Notes: generated by a model not told the origin, from the sequence alone. A DNA stretch of 64,000 nt from Pelagomonas calceolata (GCA_918797485.1 CAKKNE010000001.1:5394001-5458000); one strand, 5' to 3'; positions 50,716 to 60,686 are shown, counted from the first letter of the stretch. A program made the numbers and translations.

Positions 50716-53406
50716 ATGATGCTCCTGCGCCAGGTGCGCTGGTTCGGCGCCAATGGCCGGCGCGCACTCGAAGCGCTACAAAAGACGAGCGCACTCGATT
50801 GGCAGTTCAGCCGCGCGTCGGGCCCCGGCGGCCAGCACGTGAACAAGGTCAACACGCGCGCGGAGCTGCGGCTCGACCTCGACCGCGCTACTGATACAGC
50901 GGCGCTCCCGCGCGACGTGGCCGACCGGCTCACCAAGCACTTGACCAAAGAGCGCGTCGTCGTCGTATCGGCGCAGACGGCGCGCACGCAGAAGGGCAAC
51001 CGCGAGGCGTGCGAGGCCAAGCTCGCGGAGTTGTTGGAGGAGGCGTGGGCGCCGCCCAAGGCGCGGAAACAGCGGGAGGGCATCTCGAGGGACGGCAAGC
51101 GCGCGCGCACGGCCGACAAGCGGCGCCGGCGGGACGTCAAGTCCAACCGCGGGCGCGTCGACTACTTCTCCACGAGCGCTTCGCCAACGACGCTCGCCGA
51201 CAAGCGCTTGAACAGCGCAAAAGAGCTCGCAGCGCTATCCGAGGTCGTCGCGGCGGAAACGCTGCGCCAGCAGCTCGCGAGCGGGGCGCTGCCGACTCAA
51301 ACCTCGTCGGCGCCGCCGCTCGACGCGGACCAAACGAGACTCGTCGTCGACGCGGGCCTGGCGACGTTTCATTTACACGTCGAGGCGCGGATCGCGGCTT
51401 ACTGCGGCGAGGGCTTCTACACGATCGGTCCCTGCGGCGAAGAGCTGCTGGGCGCCGTCGGACTCGTGCTCGAAGACGGCGACGGCGCGGCCCTGCACTA
51501 CCGGCACCTCGCCACGAACGTCGTGCGCTCGCTCCGACGCGGCGACGCGCTCGAAGACCTGCTCCTGGCCAGGGCGCGGGGCTACGTCGTCTCGGGCGCG
51601 GACCCGGCCTGTGGTGGGGTCCATTGTTGTGTCGGCGGCGGTCATAATGATTGGCTCGTCACGTCGACGCTCGCGAGCCAGGCGCCGCGCGCCGTCGGCC
51701 GCGCGCTCGCCGACGCCTTCAAGCCGCGGCGACGACGTGAGCGTCGCGTCGAGTACGTGTCCGTGGGCGACGGCAGCGTGAACAACGCCCACTTTCTGAG
51801 CGCGGTTAATTTTGCCGAATATTGCTCCCACCGCGGCGCCGGCATGCCGGTCGTCTTCGGCGTCGCCGACAATGACGCGTCGATCTCGCTGGCGGGCCAC
51901 GGCTGGCTCCCCAAATTCATTGAGCAGCGCCTGGGCGGCTGCAAGGTTTTTTGCTGTGACGGCGCGGATGGGTCCGACGTCTTTCGCGCGGCATCGGAAG
52001 CGTTCGCGTACGCGCGCCAGGAGCAACGCCCGGCCGTGCTCGTCTTCCAACACCTCCCCCGCCGCTTCGGCCACGCGGCCACGGACCGCCAGGACGCTTA
52101 CCTCTCGCCGACGGAAATCGAAGGCCGCCGCGCGCGCGATCCGCTCGCCGGCTTCATCGGCGACGCCGTCGAGCGGGGCGTGCTGGACGCGGCGACCGTC
52201 GCGGCGCGCAACGACGAGATCGCGCGCGCGGCGCGAAATGCCTTCGACGCGGCCGCGGCCGAGCCGAAGCTCGACGACCGCGCGGCCCTTATCCAACGCG
52301 TCGCCGCGCCGCTCGCGCCCGTGCCGCCGACGCCGGCCGCAACAACCGGGAAAAAAGACGTGCTCCGGAAGCATGCGACGCGCGTTTTAGATGAACTGCT
52401 ATCAAAACATGAGGACGTCGTCTACATAGGAGAGGACGTCGAGCACGGCGGCTACTACCTCGTGAGCGAGGGCCTCAAGGCCAAGCACGGGCGGCGCGTG
52501 CGCGATTTTCCGCCCGACGAAACGGCTCTGTTGGGCGCGGCGGCGGGCCTGGCGCAGCGCGGGCTCGTACCGATTGTCGAGGTGCCGTACGCTAAATATT
52601 TGGACTGTGGCTTCCCGTGTGGGATCAACCACGTCGCGTCGATGCCGAAATTTGATTTCCACACAGGTGGCTTCGACCAGTTCGCCGAGATCGCCGTCAT
52701 GCACTGGTTGAGTAATGGGCGGCAGCCCAACGGTATGGTGATTCGCATGCAGGGCTTCGACCGGGGCTTATTTGGCGGCAACTTCCACACGCACAACTGG
52801 CTGCCCTTACTGCCGGGCGTGGACGTGGTCGCGACGTCGACCGGGCGGGAGTATGTGAAAGCCATGCGCCACGCCGTACGCCAGGCGCGCGCGGGCCGCG
52901 TGGTGATGGTGGTCGACGCCACGTATCTGCTGAACCTGCGTCACGTCCACGGTCGCGATGAAGCGTGGTTGACGAGCTACCCCGCCGAGGGCGACGAGCT
53001 CGCCTTCGACGCCGTCCTGGAGCGCCCTGATGACAGCGACGCCGTTCGCAGAGTAGCCTGCGTCACGTGGGGTACTGGTGTCGTGGCGGCACTTCGAGCG
53101 CGGAAGCTACTCGACGACGGCGTCGCTCTGGACGTCTTCGAGCAGCCGTGCCTGACGTGGTCGGCGGAGGGTCTCGCGACCGCCCTCGCTCCGTACGACG
53201 CCGTCGTCTTCGCCGACCCGTGCAAGCCGAACCAGTGCCCGCTCATGCGGGTAGTGTCGGAACTGCAGGAGACGGACGCGATTCCGCGACGATGGCGCCT
53301 CGCGGCGGCCCAGCCGACCTACAACCCGCTCGGCCGCGACCTCACTTTTTTGTCGGCCGACGACGTCGCCGAGGCGGTCAAGACCGTCCAGCCGTTGTTG
53401 TTATAA
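50716..53406 (+). CDS. ICT1/ArfB peptidyl-tRNA hydrolase fused to a 2-oxoacid dehydrogenase E1 alpha+beta (intron 52607-52666)
   Basis: FSRASGPGGQHVNKVNT; ALHYR, GDGSVNN (ThDP motif), GHAATD, YIGEDV..GG, PIVEV, NFHTHN. Confidence 0.85.
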   Translation: MMLLRQVRWFGANGRRALEALQKTSALDWQFSRASGPGGQHVNKVNTRAELRLDLDRATDTAALPRDVADRLTKHLTKERVVVVSAQTARTQKGNREACEAKLAELLEEAWAPPKARKQREGISRDGKRARTADKRRRRDVKSNRGRVDYFSTSASPTTLADKRLNSAKELAALSEVVAAETLRQQLASGALPTQTSSAPPLDADQTRLVVDAGLATFHLHVEARIAAYCGEGFYTIGPCGEELLGAVGLVLEDGDGAALHYRHLATNVVRSLRRGDALEDLLLARARGYVVSGADPACGGVHCCVGGGHNDWLVTSTLASQAPRAVGRALADAFKPRRRRERRVEYVSVGDGSVNNAHFLSAVNFAEYCSHRGAGMPVVFGVADNDASISLAGHGWLPKFIEQRLGGCKVFCCDGADGSDVFRAASEAFAYARQEQRPAVLVFQHLPRRFGHAATDRQDAYLSPTEIEGRRARDPLAGFIGDAVERGVLDAATVAARNDEIARAARNAFDAAAAEPKLDDRAALIQRVAAPLAPVPPTPAATTGKKDVLRKHATRVLDELLSKHEDVVYIGEDVEHGGYYLVSEGLKAKHGRRVRDFPPDETALLGAAAGLAQRGLVPIVEVPYAKYLDCGFPCGINHVASMPKFDFHTGGFDQFAEIAVMHWLSNGRQPNGMVIRMQGFDRGLFGGNFHTHNWLPLLPGVDVVATSTGREYVKAMRHAVRQARAGRVVMVVDATYLLNLRHVHGRDEAWLTSYPAEGDELAFDAVLERPDDSDAVRRVACVTWGTGVVAALRARKLLDDGVALDVFEQPCLTWSAEGLATALAPYDAVVFADPCKPNQCPLMRVVSELQETDAIPRRWRLAAAQPTYNPLGRDLTFLSADDVAEAVKTVQPLLL
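52607..52666 (+). mobile_element. Minimal introner forming a 60-nt, in-frame, stop-free GT-AG intron
   Basis: TSD gtggcttc at 52607-52614 and 52667-52674; TIRs ccgtgtgggatcaa / tgatttccacacag. Confidence 0.88.
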
Positions 53407-53420
53407 ATATGTTTGTCTTA

Positions 53421-54950
53421 TTACAGTGTCACAGTATGGTGGTTCCGGGATTTCTCCTCGAGACGGGCTCGCTCCCTCAGGACCTCGTCTGCACTACGTA
53501 CCTCGGCCACGTGCGCGAGGCGGTCCTCGCGCGTGCATTGAGGGAGGCGGTCCTGGTGGATGCCCCGCCCGTCGAAGACGGCGCCGCGGAACGGCGCGGT
53601 GATGTCCTTGAGCGCGGCCTCACATGTTATAGAACCGCCGAGGTCCGCCAGCGCTGCCCGGGACGCGTTCCGGAGCCAACTTTTATCAAGCGTATGCCGC
53701 ACGAGGGCGGACCCGTCCCGGGGGATGTCCTGATTCAGCACCAAATTTGACGTCGGCATGTCGCGGTGCACGTAGTAGTAGACAACATCGCCTCTGACAA
53801 CAAGCCCGTCGGCCGGGTAGTCGCGCACGCGGCCGGCTTCGTTCGAGCAGCCCAGGTCGACGAGCGGTTTTGGTGTCGACCAGTGGACGGCGTCGCAGGA
53901 GAACGAGAGCGCGAGGTAGCACCTTCTCTCTTCATGCATGGGGAAGAGGCCCAGTAATGTCCGGGCGTCGACGGGATTCTCTTCCACAACAATGTAGTAG
54001 ATCGACGCGCGCCGCACGCGGCAGCCGTTCCATCCCGTAATTCTGATGGGCTCGAAGGCCGAGAACGCGCCCTCAATACTATCAGAGACGGCGACCTGGA
54101 CCCAGCGCCGGCCGTGCGCCGTGTTTAACCTACCAAATAAAGCGACGCCGCTTCCAAATAACGCCGCGGAGAGCTTGCCGTCCCACTCGCAGGTCACGGG
54201 CGTGCGTCGCAGCTCCTGGCAGCCCGCGTGGCGGCCCGTTATTCTGATTGATCCAGTCTCGAACGTCAGGGGCTGATGAGATGGAGGAAAGTAGTGGACG
54301 CCGCGCTGTCGATAGGCCTTGGGCAGGACGGTGCCGCCGCGCGCGCGGCCGCCGAAGCCGTGGACGCGGCCGTCTTTGATGATGGCGGCGAAGTTGTGCG
54401 CGGGCCGCTCGTCTACTCCTTGTGGCAGTGGTAATCGTACCTCCGCCGGCTCGCTTGTGAGTTCGAGCCGCTCGTTCGTAGCCCACATCCACAGCCGCTC
54501 GTCGGGCGCCGCGTTCGGCCAGAGGCCGTCCCGCGCGAGGAGGTACACTTTCTCTTTAAGATCGACGACGGAGAAGAAGCGGTAGGCCAGGCCCGGCGCG
54601 AAGCGATGCAGCACCTCGCCCGCCGCCGGCCGCTCGTTCGTTCTATACGAAGCGACGCACGCGTTGCTAGTGGACCCGTTCAGCGCGCCGGTCCTATACA
54701 ATGTGCACTCCTCATCACCGTAGGCCACGGCGCCGCAGTGCCGCGTCCGCGCGCAGCGTTTGGCGCACGCGTCGCGCGGCGAGGCTTTTTGCGTGCAGCG
54801 GCTGTCGCCGCAGGCCGCGTCTCGCTTTACTGTCGCGAGCTGGTCGCCCAGTTTTACTGGACCGCAGCGGAAGAGGTCGGCGTACTCTTTGAGCTCCGTG
54901 GCCGTGGGGTCCTTGGCCCTGACCGCTGCGAGCAATAGTAGCAGCAGCAT
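53421..54950 (-). CDS. Secreted protein with a PAN/apple-like module and a glycosidase-like propeller region
   Basis: Signal peptide MLLLLLLAAVRA; CAKRCARTRHCGAVAY..CTL; SFSCDAVHWS Asp-box-like. Confidence 0.65.
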   Translation of the reverse strand: MLLLLLLAAVRAKDPTATELKEYADLFRCGPVKLGDQLATVKRDAACGDSRCTQKASPRDACAKRCARTRHCGAVAYGDEECTLYRTGALNGSTSNACVASYRTNERPAAGEVLHRFAPGLAYRFFSVVDLKEKVYLLARDGLWPNAAPDERLWMWATNERLELTSEPAEVRLPLPQGVDERPAHNFAAIIKDGRVHGFGGRARGGTVLPKAYRQRGVHYFPPSHQPLTFETGSIRITGRHAGCQELRRTPVTCEWDGKLSAALFGSGVALFGRLNTAHGRRWVQVAVSDSIEGAFSAFEPIRITGWNGCRVRRASIYYIVVEENPVDARTLLGLFPMHEERRCYLALSFSCDAVHWSTPKPLVDLGCSNEAGRVRDYPADGLVVRGDVVYYYVHRDMPTSNLVLNQDIPRDGSALVRHTLDKSWLRNASRAALADLGGSITCEAALKDITAPFRGAVFDGRGIHQDRLPQCTREDRLAHVAEVRSADEVLRERARLEEKSRNHHTVTL

Positions 54951-55406
54951 TGGGTGCTACATTATGTGCATTTTGGCTCTGCCCCATTCATTTGCCGGTG
55001 GGGCAGCCCGTTGCTTCTCCTTTTGCAAGTTTTGTGTCTTGGTTTTTGTGTGAGCAAAGAGGGTTTTCGAGTTCGGGTCGGACGACGGTGGAGTAATCCT
55101 CCCCCGGGGGCGTCGAGGACGAGAGGTGCGTGCGCCTGCGCAGATTCCTTGGACTGATCGACAAAACCCGACCATTTTGTAACTGCTCGAGCGCGTGCCG
55201 AGGACAGCACGACAGACTGGCCGCTGCTGTTTCAATTTTCACGCCGTCGCAGCGCACAACGCAGTCCTCGGCAACCCGCAGGACTCATCCACGCACTCTC
55301 CCAACCGCTGCGCACTCGCCGCGGCTTTGCGCGATTTAAAACGCGAGTTTGACTCGGAGCGCGGGCGAAGCCTTCGCACGAGCCTATTCGTCTGCTCGAC
55401 TCCAAG

Positions 55407-56417
55407 ATGGGGGCGCACCGCCACGGTCTCCGCCGCCTGAGCTCCGGCCGGCGCTCAAGCGCCATACCATTCAATCTAGATCAAACGGCCGCCGTCGTCA
55501 CGCTGCTCGTCGTCGGCTCGTGGGTCATCGTGCCCGCGTTCGCCCTCGAAAAGGCCGTCGTCCTCGACGCGCCGCCGAAGTGGGCGCCCTCCCTGATGAA
55601 CGCGGCCCGCGACCGGGCCCTGGCGCCGGTCTTCGTGAGCGAGGGCGTCAAGAGCACGTTCGGCCTCCGCAAGCGCGTCAAAGGCGCCACTATCGAGCGC
55701 CGCCGAGGACGCGACGCCGCAACCGTGCTCGAGCGCCACGACGGCACAAAGCTCGTCGTCGTCGCGGCCGGACTAGGTGATGATGTTTCCAAGGCCCTAA
55801 CGCGTGCCGCGAAAGCCGCGGAGGCCTTCGGCAAGGCGGTGCGCGACACGACGACGCGGTTGGTGATCGCCGTGCCGGACGCTACGGAGCTCATGAATCG
55901 CGCCTTCGCCGCCTTCGCCTACACGCTCGAGGGCGGCGGCGCGGCGCTCGTGGCCGCCGTGCCGCACGCCGCGTCGCGCGAGGCGGCGCTCGCCGTGGTA
56001 GATGCCGCGCCGCGAGTAGCCGAAACGGCGCCACCGGCCGCCCCGGTCTGGCTCGTCGCGCTGCTGGCGCTGGCCCTCGGGCTCGCGATTGGCCGAGGCG
56101 CGCGCGGCACCGCGCCGAAGGCCGAGGTCGTGAAGATGGTCCCAGTCGTCGCGGAGCCGGACTCGCACGTCGTGTCCGAGACCGAGGCGACCTTTGACGA
56201 GTCCGATACCGATGACGAGGAATTGTTCGACGACTCGGAGGAGGACGACGACGAGCCGCGCGCCGTCACGACTGGCAGAGTCACGCCGTCCCCGATCCCG
56301 GCCGCCGAACGCGCCGCCGAGGCCATGTTCGGCGAGGCCACGACGTTCGACGAGTCCGACGACGAGAAGCCCGCCTTCGAGGACTCCGGCGACGAGGACG
56401 AGGCGCCCCTCCCCTGA
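55407..56417 (+). CDS. Hypothetical membrane protein with an acidic tail; start uncertain
   Basis: Two hydrophobic segments; ATFDESD repeated. Confidence 0.55.
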   Translation: MGAHRHGLRRLSSGRRSSAIPFNLDQTAAVVTLLVVGSWVIVPAFALEKAVVLDAPPKWAPSLMNAARDRALAPVFVSEGVKSTFGLRKRVKGATIERRRGRDAATVLERHDGTKLVVVAAGLGDDVSKALTRAAKAAEAFGKAVRDTTTRLVIAVPDATELMNRAFAAFAYTLEGGGAALVAAVPHAASREAALAVVDAAPRVAETAPPAAPVWLVALLALALGLAIGRGARGTAPKAEVVKMVPVVAEPDSHVVSETEATFDESDTDDEELFDDSEEDDDEPRAVTTGRVTPSPIPAAERAAEAMFGEATTFDESDDEKPAFEDSGDEDEAPLP

Positions 56418-56514
56418 AGAAATTTCCCGTGCGTATACATGTTTGTTTTCCCGAATCATGGCCACTATTGTTACGGTGCTAGGACTAGTTGGCGAGCTGG
56501 GGAATCATGACGAA

Positions 56515-56537
56515 GCTAGCGGCTGTAAGACACTAGC
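56515..56537 (+). promoter_or_regulatory. Bipartite intergenic motif copy
   Basis: gctagcg-gct-gtaagacactagc, 249 nt upstream of the ATG at 56786. Confidence 0.7.
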
Positions 56538-56785
56538 AAACAAGCGGACACACATCCGCTGGGATAGCGCAAAAGACGCCGTCGAGGCAGCCTCCGGACC
56601 GCACACCTCGACACGAGGTGCCCACGACGCATAGTGGTTGCCCGCGTCGCCGGGCGAGGTCCCTCAGGAGTTCCTGAGAGGCAGCCCCTGGCCGAGGGGC
56701 CAGTACCGCACGCTGAGCAGTCCTGCCGGCACGCCACCGCCGCGACGCTGACCAAGCGTCAACGCCGGTGCGCACATAAAGAGCC

Positions 56786-58120
56786 ATGGGGCAGCTCCCC
56801 CTCCTCACGCTCTTTACAGTATCAGCCCTCGCGAGCGACTTCACGGACACCTACCTCTACGTGAACCCGACGCAGCCGCAGGAGGCTGCTGAGATACAAA
56901 TAGACTTCTTCACGACCTATGAACTGACTGGGAACGGGATCCAGGGCGATGTTATATACGTCCAGCTGCCCAAATTCACCATTGGGGGAGGAGGCAAGAA
57001 GCCGGGGCCCAACGTTCCACGAGGCGAATTAGTTATAAGCCCGTCGGTCTATTTTGAGGGGAGATGGATCGAGGGCGAGTTCAATAACCTCACACATCCG
57101 TTCCCCAACTCGACGCTCGCGTTGTACGTGCAGGAAGAAGTAACCATCCCGGCGGGCACATCTCTCAGAGTCCGCATCTACCGGTCGAACAACATCAAGG
57201 TCTACTGTGGGTATGATAGACCGCAAAACACGGACAATGACTTTTTTCTCATGTGGACGAACGCCTCAAAGGCGACGGGTCAACAGCAACAGATCGAGTA
57301 CGGCGACCGCGTCGGCAACGGCTGCTCGAAGATCTCGGACTGCGGCTTGGTGGGGGACTGCGACTTCTGCCAGCAGAAGTGCTACTGCTGGCCCGGCAAG
57401 GGCGGCTCGGACAACTACAAGAATACCGGTAGTATGGACTGCACGCAGTTCGAGTGCCCCGAAGGTCCGAGGTGGGGCAGCATGCCCCTCTCGGAGACGG
57501 ACGGTGGCCACGTCGCGCAGACCATGGCCTGCTCCGGGGCCGGTCTCTGTATTGCGGAGTCGGGCGAGTGCGAGTGCTTCGACGGGTTCACCGGAGACGC
57601 TTGTCAACGCCGCATTAGCACGTGCGGCGTCGGCGGCAAGTGCTCAGGTCATGGACAATGTTTGCCCATGCACCATTTAGCGAGAGCGAAGGAGGCGCTT
57701 CCTTTATCTGAAGGTATGTCGTCGTATGGGGACGACCATACTGTGAGAGAGCACACGGGCACGTGGGACTGGAACACGATGATGGGGTGTGCGTGCGACT
57801 CGTCGTGGCCCGTCGGGTTCGGGCCAGACGAGTACCAGCTGGGCGAATACTACGGCGCGGACTGCTCCAAAAAAAGGTGTCCGACGGGCGTGGCCCCCTG
57901 GATCCGGAACACGGACCCGAACGACGCGTGGAACGACACGGCGGCGCAGGCGGTCGGACCATCGCGACCAGCGCAGGACCCGCTGAACCGCGTCGGGCGC
58001 AAGGGCAACCAGCACCTCGTCGAGTGCTCTGGCCGCGGCTCTTGCAACGAGGGGCGCTGCTCGTGCTTCGCAGGATATACTGGGCACAACTGCGACCGGT
58101 GGGTTCCAAATAAGTACTGA
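56786..58120 (+). CDS. Secreted EGF-repeat protein, mastigoneme/Sig-like
   Basis: Signal peptide; CSGAGLC..GECECFDGFTGDACQR, CSGHGQC, WD..MGCACD, ECSGRGSC. Confidence 0.8.
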   Translation: MGQLPLLTLFTVSALASDFTDTYLYVNPTQPQEAAEIQIDFFTTYELTGNGIQGDVIYVQLPKFTIGGGGKKPGPNVPRGELVISPSVYFEGRWIEGEFNNLTHPFPNSTLALYVQEEVTIPAGTSLRVRIYRSNNIKVYCGYDRPQNTDNDFFLMWTNASKATGQQQQIEYGDRVGNGCSKISDCGLVGDCDFCQQKCYCWPGKGGSDNYKNTGSMDCTQFECPEGPRWGSMPLSETDGGHVAQTMACSGAGLCIAESGECECFDGFTGDACQRRISTCGVGGKCSGHGQCLPMHHLARAKEALPLSEGMSSYGDDHTVREHTGTWDWNTMMGCACDSSWPVGFGPDEYQLGEYYGADCSKKRCPTGVAPWIRNTDPNDAWNDTAAQAVGPSRPAQDPLNRVGRKGNQHLVECSGRGSCNEGRCSCFAGYTGHNCDRWVPNKY

Positions 58121-58135
58121 CACTGGCATCACCTA

Positions 58136-58170
58136 ACGCCATCGAGCAGGCGTCGCGTCGATGGCGTGGA
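58136..58170. repeat. Solo introner core remnant
   Basis: acgccatcgagcaggcgtcgcgtcgatggcgtgga, identical to 14186-14220. Confidence 0.8.
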
Positions 58171-58240
58171 TTTCAACATTTAACGTTACTCGCAAACAAA
58201 GGAGGAGGGGTGTGTCTGGTCCGGGGCGAGGGGGACACGA

Positions 58241-58732
58241 TCACGGCGTCGGCGCGTGGCGCTTGGCCTCGTTGCGCGACTGGCGCCGCGAGAGCCGGCG
58301 CTTCTCGGCGGCCCGCTTCTCGGCCGAACTCATGGCGCGAGGCCGGGCGTTGCACTCCGCCAAAGCTTCTTCGGCGAGCCGAACCTCCTCGAGCTGCATC
58401 ATAACCTCCCGGAGCCGCGTCGAGCAACGCCGCGCGGCGACGACGTCCGAGTTATTGTCGTCGAGGGACGCCTCCAACAAAAGCTTTTCTACTTCGAGCG
58501 CGCCTCTCTTGGACGCCATCGTCTCGTCATCGGCCTCGGAGACCGTGAGGCTCAGCGAGCGGTATACGTTACTCGCGAGGTCCGCGTCGGAGTTGCTGCC
58601 GCTGCTCGACAGGCGCGACGGCGTGCTGTCAGAGCTGAACTGGCGCGACGCCGTCTTGCTCGCGACCGGTCGCGGCTTCGCTGCGTCGCCCGTGGCGTCC
58701 TTGGTAAACGCTCCGGCAAAGGAGACCCGCAT
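58241..58732 (-). CDS. Hypothetical coiled-coil protein
   Basis: ATG at 58732; helical charged composition. Confidence 0.5.
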   Translation of the reverse strand: MRVSFAGAFTKDATGDAAKPRPVASKTASRQFSSDSTPSRLSSSGSNSDADLASNVYRSLSLTVSEADDETMASKRGALEVEKLLLEASLDDNNSDVVAARRCSTRLREVMMQLEEVRLAEEALAECNARPRAMSSAEKRAAEKRRLSRRQSRNEAKRHAPTP

Positions 58733-59092
58733 GCGGTCGAGTACTGCGAGCGGTGTTGCTGTACAGGTAGCCGTGATGCGTGCGCCGCAAGCCGTGGAGG
58801 CTCGCAGCGATAGAAATGTCAGCGAGACGTGCAGCGAGCTGCACTTATAGGGCGCGAGGAAGCGAGTTCGCGGCGGCCAAAAGCTTAAAGCCGGAGAGCT
58901 TGCTCGAGTCGTTCTCCTGTTCGGGTTGCGCAACAGACGTCTCGCGCGGCCAAGACGACCAGTCGCAGCCTCGACGGCACCCCCAAAGACACATAGGAAA
59001 GGCAAAAGGACCGCTAGACCGCAACGCGCGGACCACGACTGCGCGCCGCAGAAGACAACCCAGACGAATGGTAAACTTAGGGCAGGGACAAA

Positions 59093-60160
59093 TCAGGGGT
59101 TGCCCATGCTCGCCGCCGGCACCTCGAAGGTCTCGCCCTCCCAGGCCGGCGCCGCGCCGCACTGCTCGAATGTGGCCGGTTTTTGATCAATAGTGTCGTC
59201 GGCCCTACCCCTCAAAGAGGGCTTCACCTTGAGGTAGTGCGTCGGCCCTGTCTGTTCGAGCTGCGCCACCAGTTCCAATCTATGACTATAAAACCGCTTC
59301 GCGACGCGCACTTCGGCCACCGCGACCCACTCTTCCGAGCGAGCTGGGAACACGAACCTCTCAAGGACGTAGCGCCCGCCATTCGTCTTGTTCCTTGAAA
59401 CAGCTGAATTCGCCAGTAGTTTCCACACTCCTAACCAGTACTTCGAGCCCGCGTGCCGCGTCCACCCGTGCACGTCGGGTCGCTCCGCTCGGACATGTTT
59501 CACCGAGAAATGATTGGCGGCATATCTAGCGAGCTTCGGCGGGCACCCTATGTGCTCGTTCGGCCCGTACAGCGGTTTTTCGCTCTTCTCGGCGGCCCTC
59601 AACTTCTTGGTTATCTCCGTGACGTGTTTTGGAGTTAAACCCTTGGCCTCGCTGACTTTCAGGCGCCTACCGTGCTCGTAGGCCACGCCCTCGCCGCCCA
59701 TGGCCGACAAACGACTGAGCGTCCAGCACATGGTTCGAGGCGACGTCACGTACTTGTCTAGTATGGTTTCTATCGTACCGAGGTCCGCGTTCTGGATCTT
59801 CCTTCGTAGTGCTTTCCAGGCCTTGAGCTTGGGCTCGCAGCGCACCCTCGCTAGACCGCAGGTCGACGCGAGCGCGCCGGCCGCTTCCACATCACAGGTC
59901 TCCAGCACGAGATCCGTGCAGAACTCGGCACCCAATAACGCGGATCGGCCCTGGTTATGTGACAATTTAGCGAGCTTCGTCGGCGACATCTCGCTCTTAT
60001 CAAAATCCTGGGCCTTGCGTCTTGTACTGGTGGTTTTGAAGAGCTGCCGGATTCGTTTGTCGGCGCCGCAGTCGACCAGTGTCGATCGTTCCGTGTGTTC
60101 TAGCACCAACAAAGCCTGCTCGATCTCGCTCTTCATGGGGATGCGCGGCTGGCGCGCCAT
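59093..60160 (-). CDS. Hypothetical protein
   Basis: ATG at 60160; 355-aa ORF with globular composition. Confidence 0.65.
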   Translation of the reverse strand: MARQPRIPMKSEIEQALLVLEHTERSTLVDCGADKRIRQLFKTTSTRRKAQDFDKSEMSPTKLAKLSHNQGRSALLGAEFCTDLVLETCDVEAAGALASTCGLARVRCEPKLKAWKALRRKIQNADLGTIETILDKYVTSPRTMCWTLSRLSAMGGEGVAYEHGRRLKVSEAKGLTPKHVTEITKKLRAAEKSEKPLYGPNEHIGCPPKLARYAANHFSVKHVRAERPDVHGWTRHAGSKYWLGVWKLLANSAVSRNKTNGGRYVLERFVFPARSEEWVAVAEVRVAKRFYSHRLELVAQLEQTGPTHYLKVKPSLRGRADDTIDQKPATFEQCGAAPAWEGETFEVPAASMGNP

Positions 60161-60565
60161 CGTCTCGGGATTATTCTTTGTCGCGGTTTTGCGCGTTTTT
60201 CGGGAGCGCGGCGGCTGGCGTGGCCGCGCAGCTGTTTTGGGCGTGTAGTGAGCGTGCGGCGGCGGCGGCGCGCCCTGTGGGGCTTTCGCGGTGGGGATAT
60301 TCACTTGGTCTGAGTTGAGGTGCTCCCTGGGCCGCGCGGCGGCTGGCAAAGACCGCGTGGTGGTCGGAACAGATCTTAGGCGTGTCGCTGGCAGCCTCGC
60401 CGCGTCGCACGAAGTCAGTGGGCTGTACGACCAGCGATGTTCAGGCGCTCTGCGGCATGCTGGACGAGGAGCCGACGGCGGCCGCGCGGGACGCCTCCGA
60501 CCCATGCCCCAAGCACTCCAGGACGTCTCATCGTGGAGGTCTACGGCCTTTGCAAACCGAAACAT

Positions 60566-60662
60566 ACTCAAAACCTCCTTACCGCGCACCGTAAACGAGA
60601 CAGGAGAGCAAAACTCAAAACCTCCTTACCGCGCACCGTAAACGAGACGAGGAGAGCAAAAC
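60566..60662. repeat. 47/48-bp tandem duplication
   Basis: actcaaaacctccttaccgcgcaccgtaaacgagac(g)aggagagcaaa x2. Confidence 0.9.
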
Positions 60663-60686
60663 CACAAAAATCGACGACCACAAAAG

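Noticed and set aside
7175..56537. The GTAAGA within the recurrent motif as a splice donor, or its CTAG as a Helitron 3' end
   Set aside because: Orientation is independent of the adjacent gene, no upstream homology is shared, and the base after CTAG is usually C rather than T. Not fully excluded.
60566..60662. Direct repeats as a mini-CRISPR
   Set aside because: Head-to-tail copies without a spacer, in a eukaryotic context with no cas genes.
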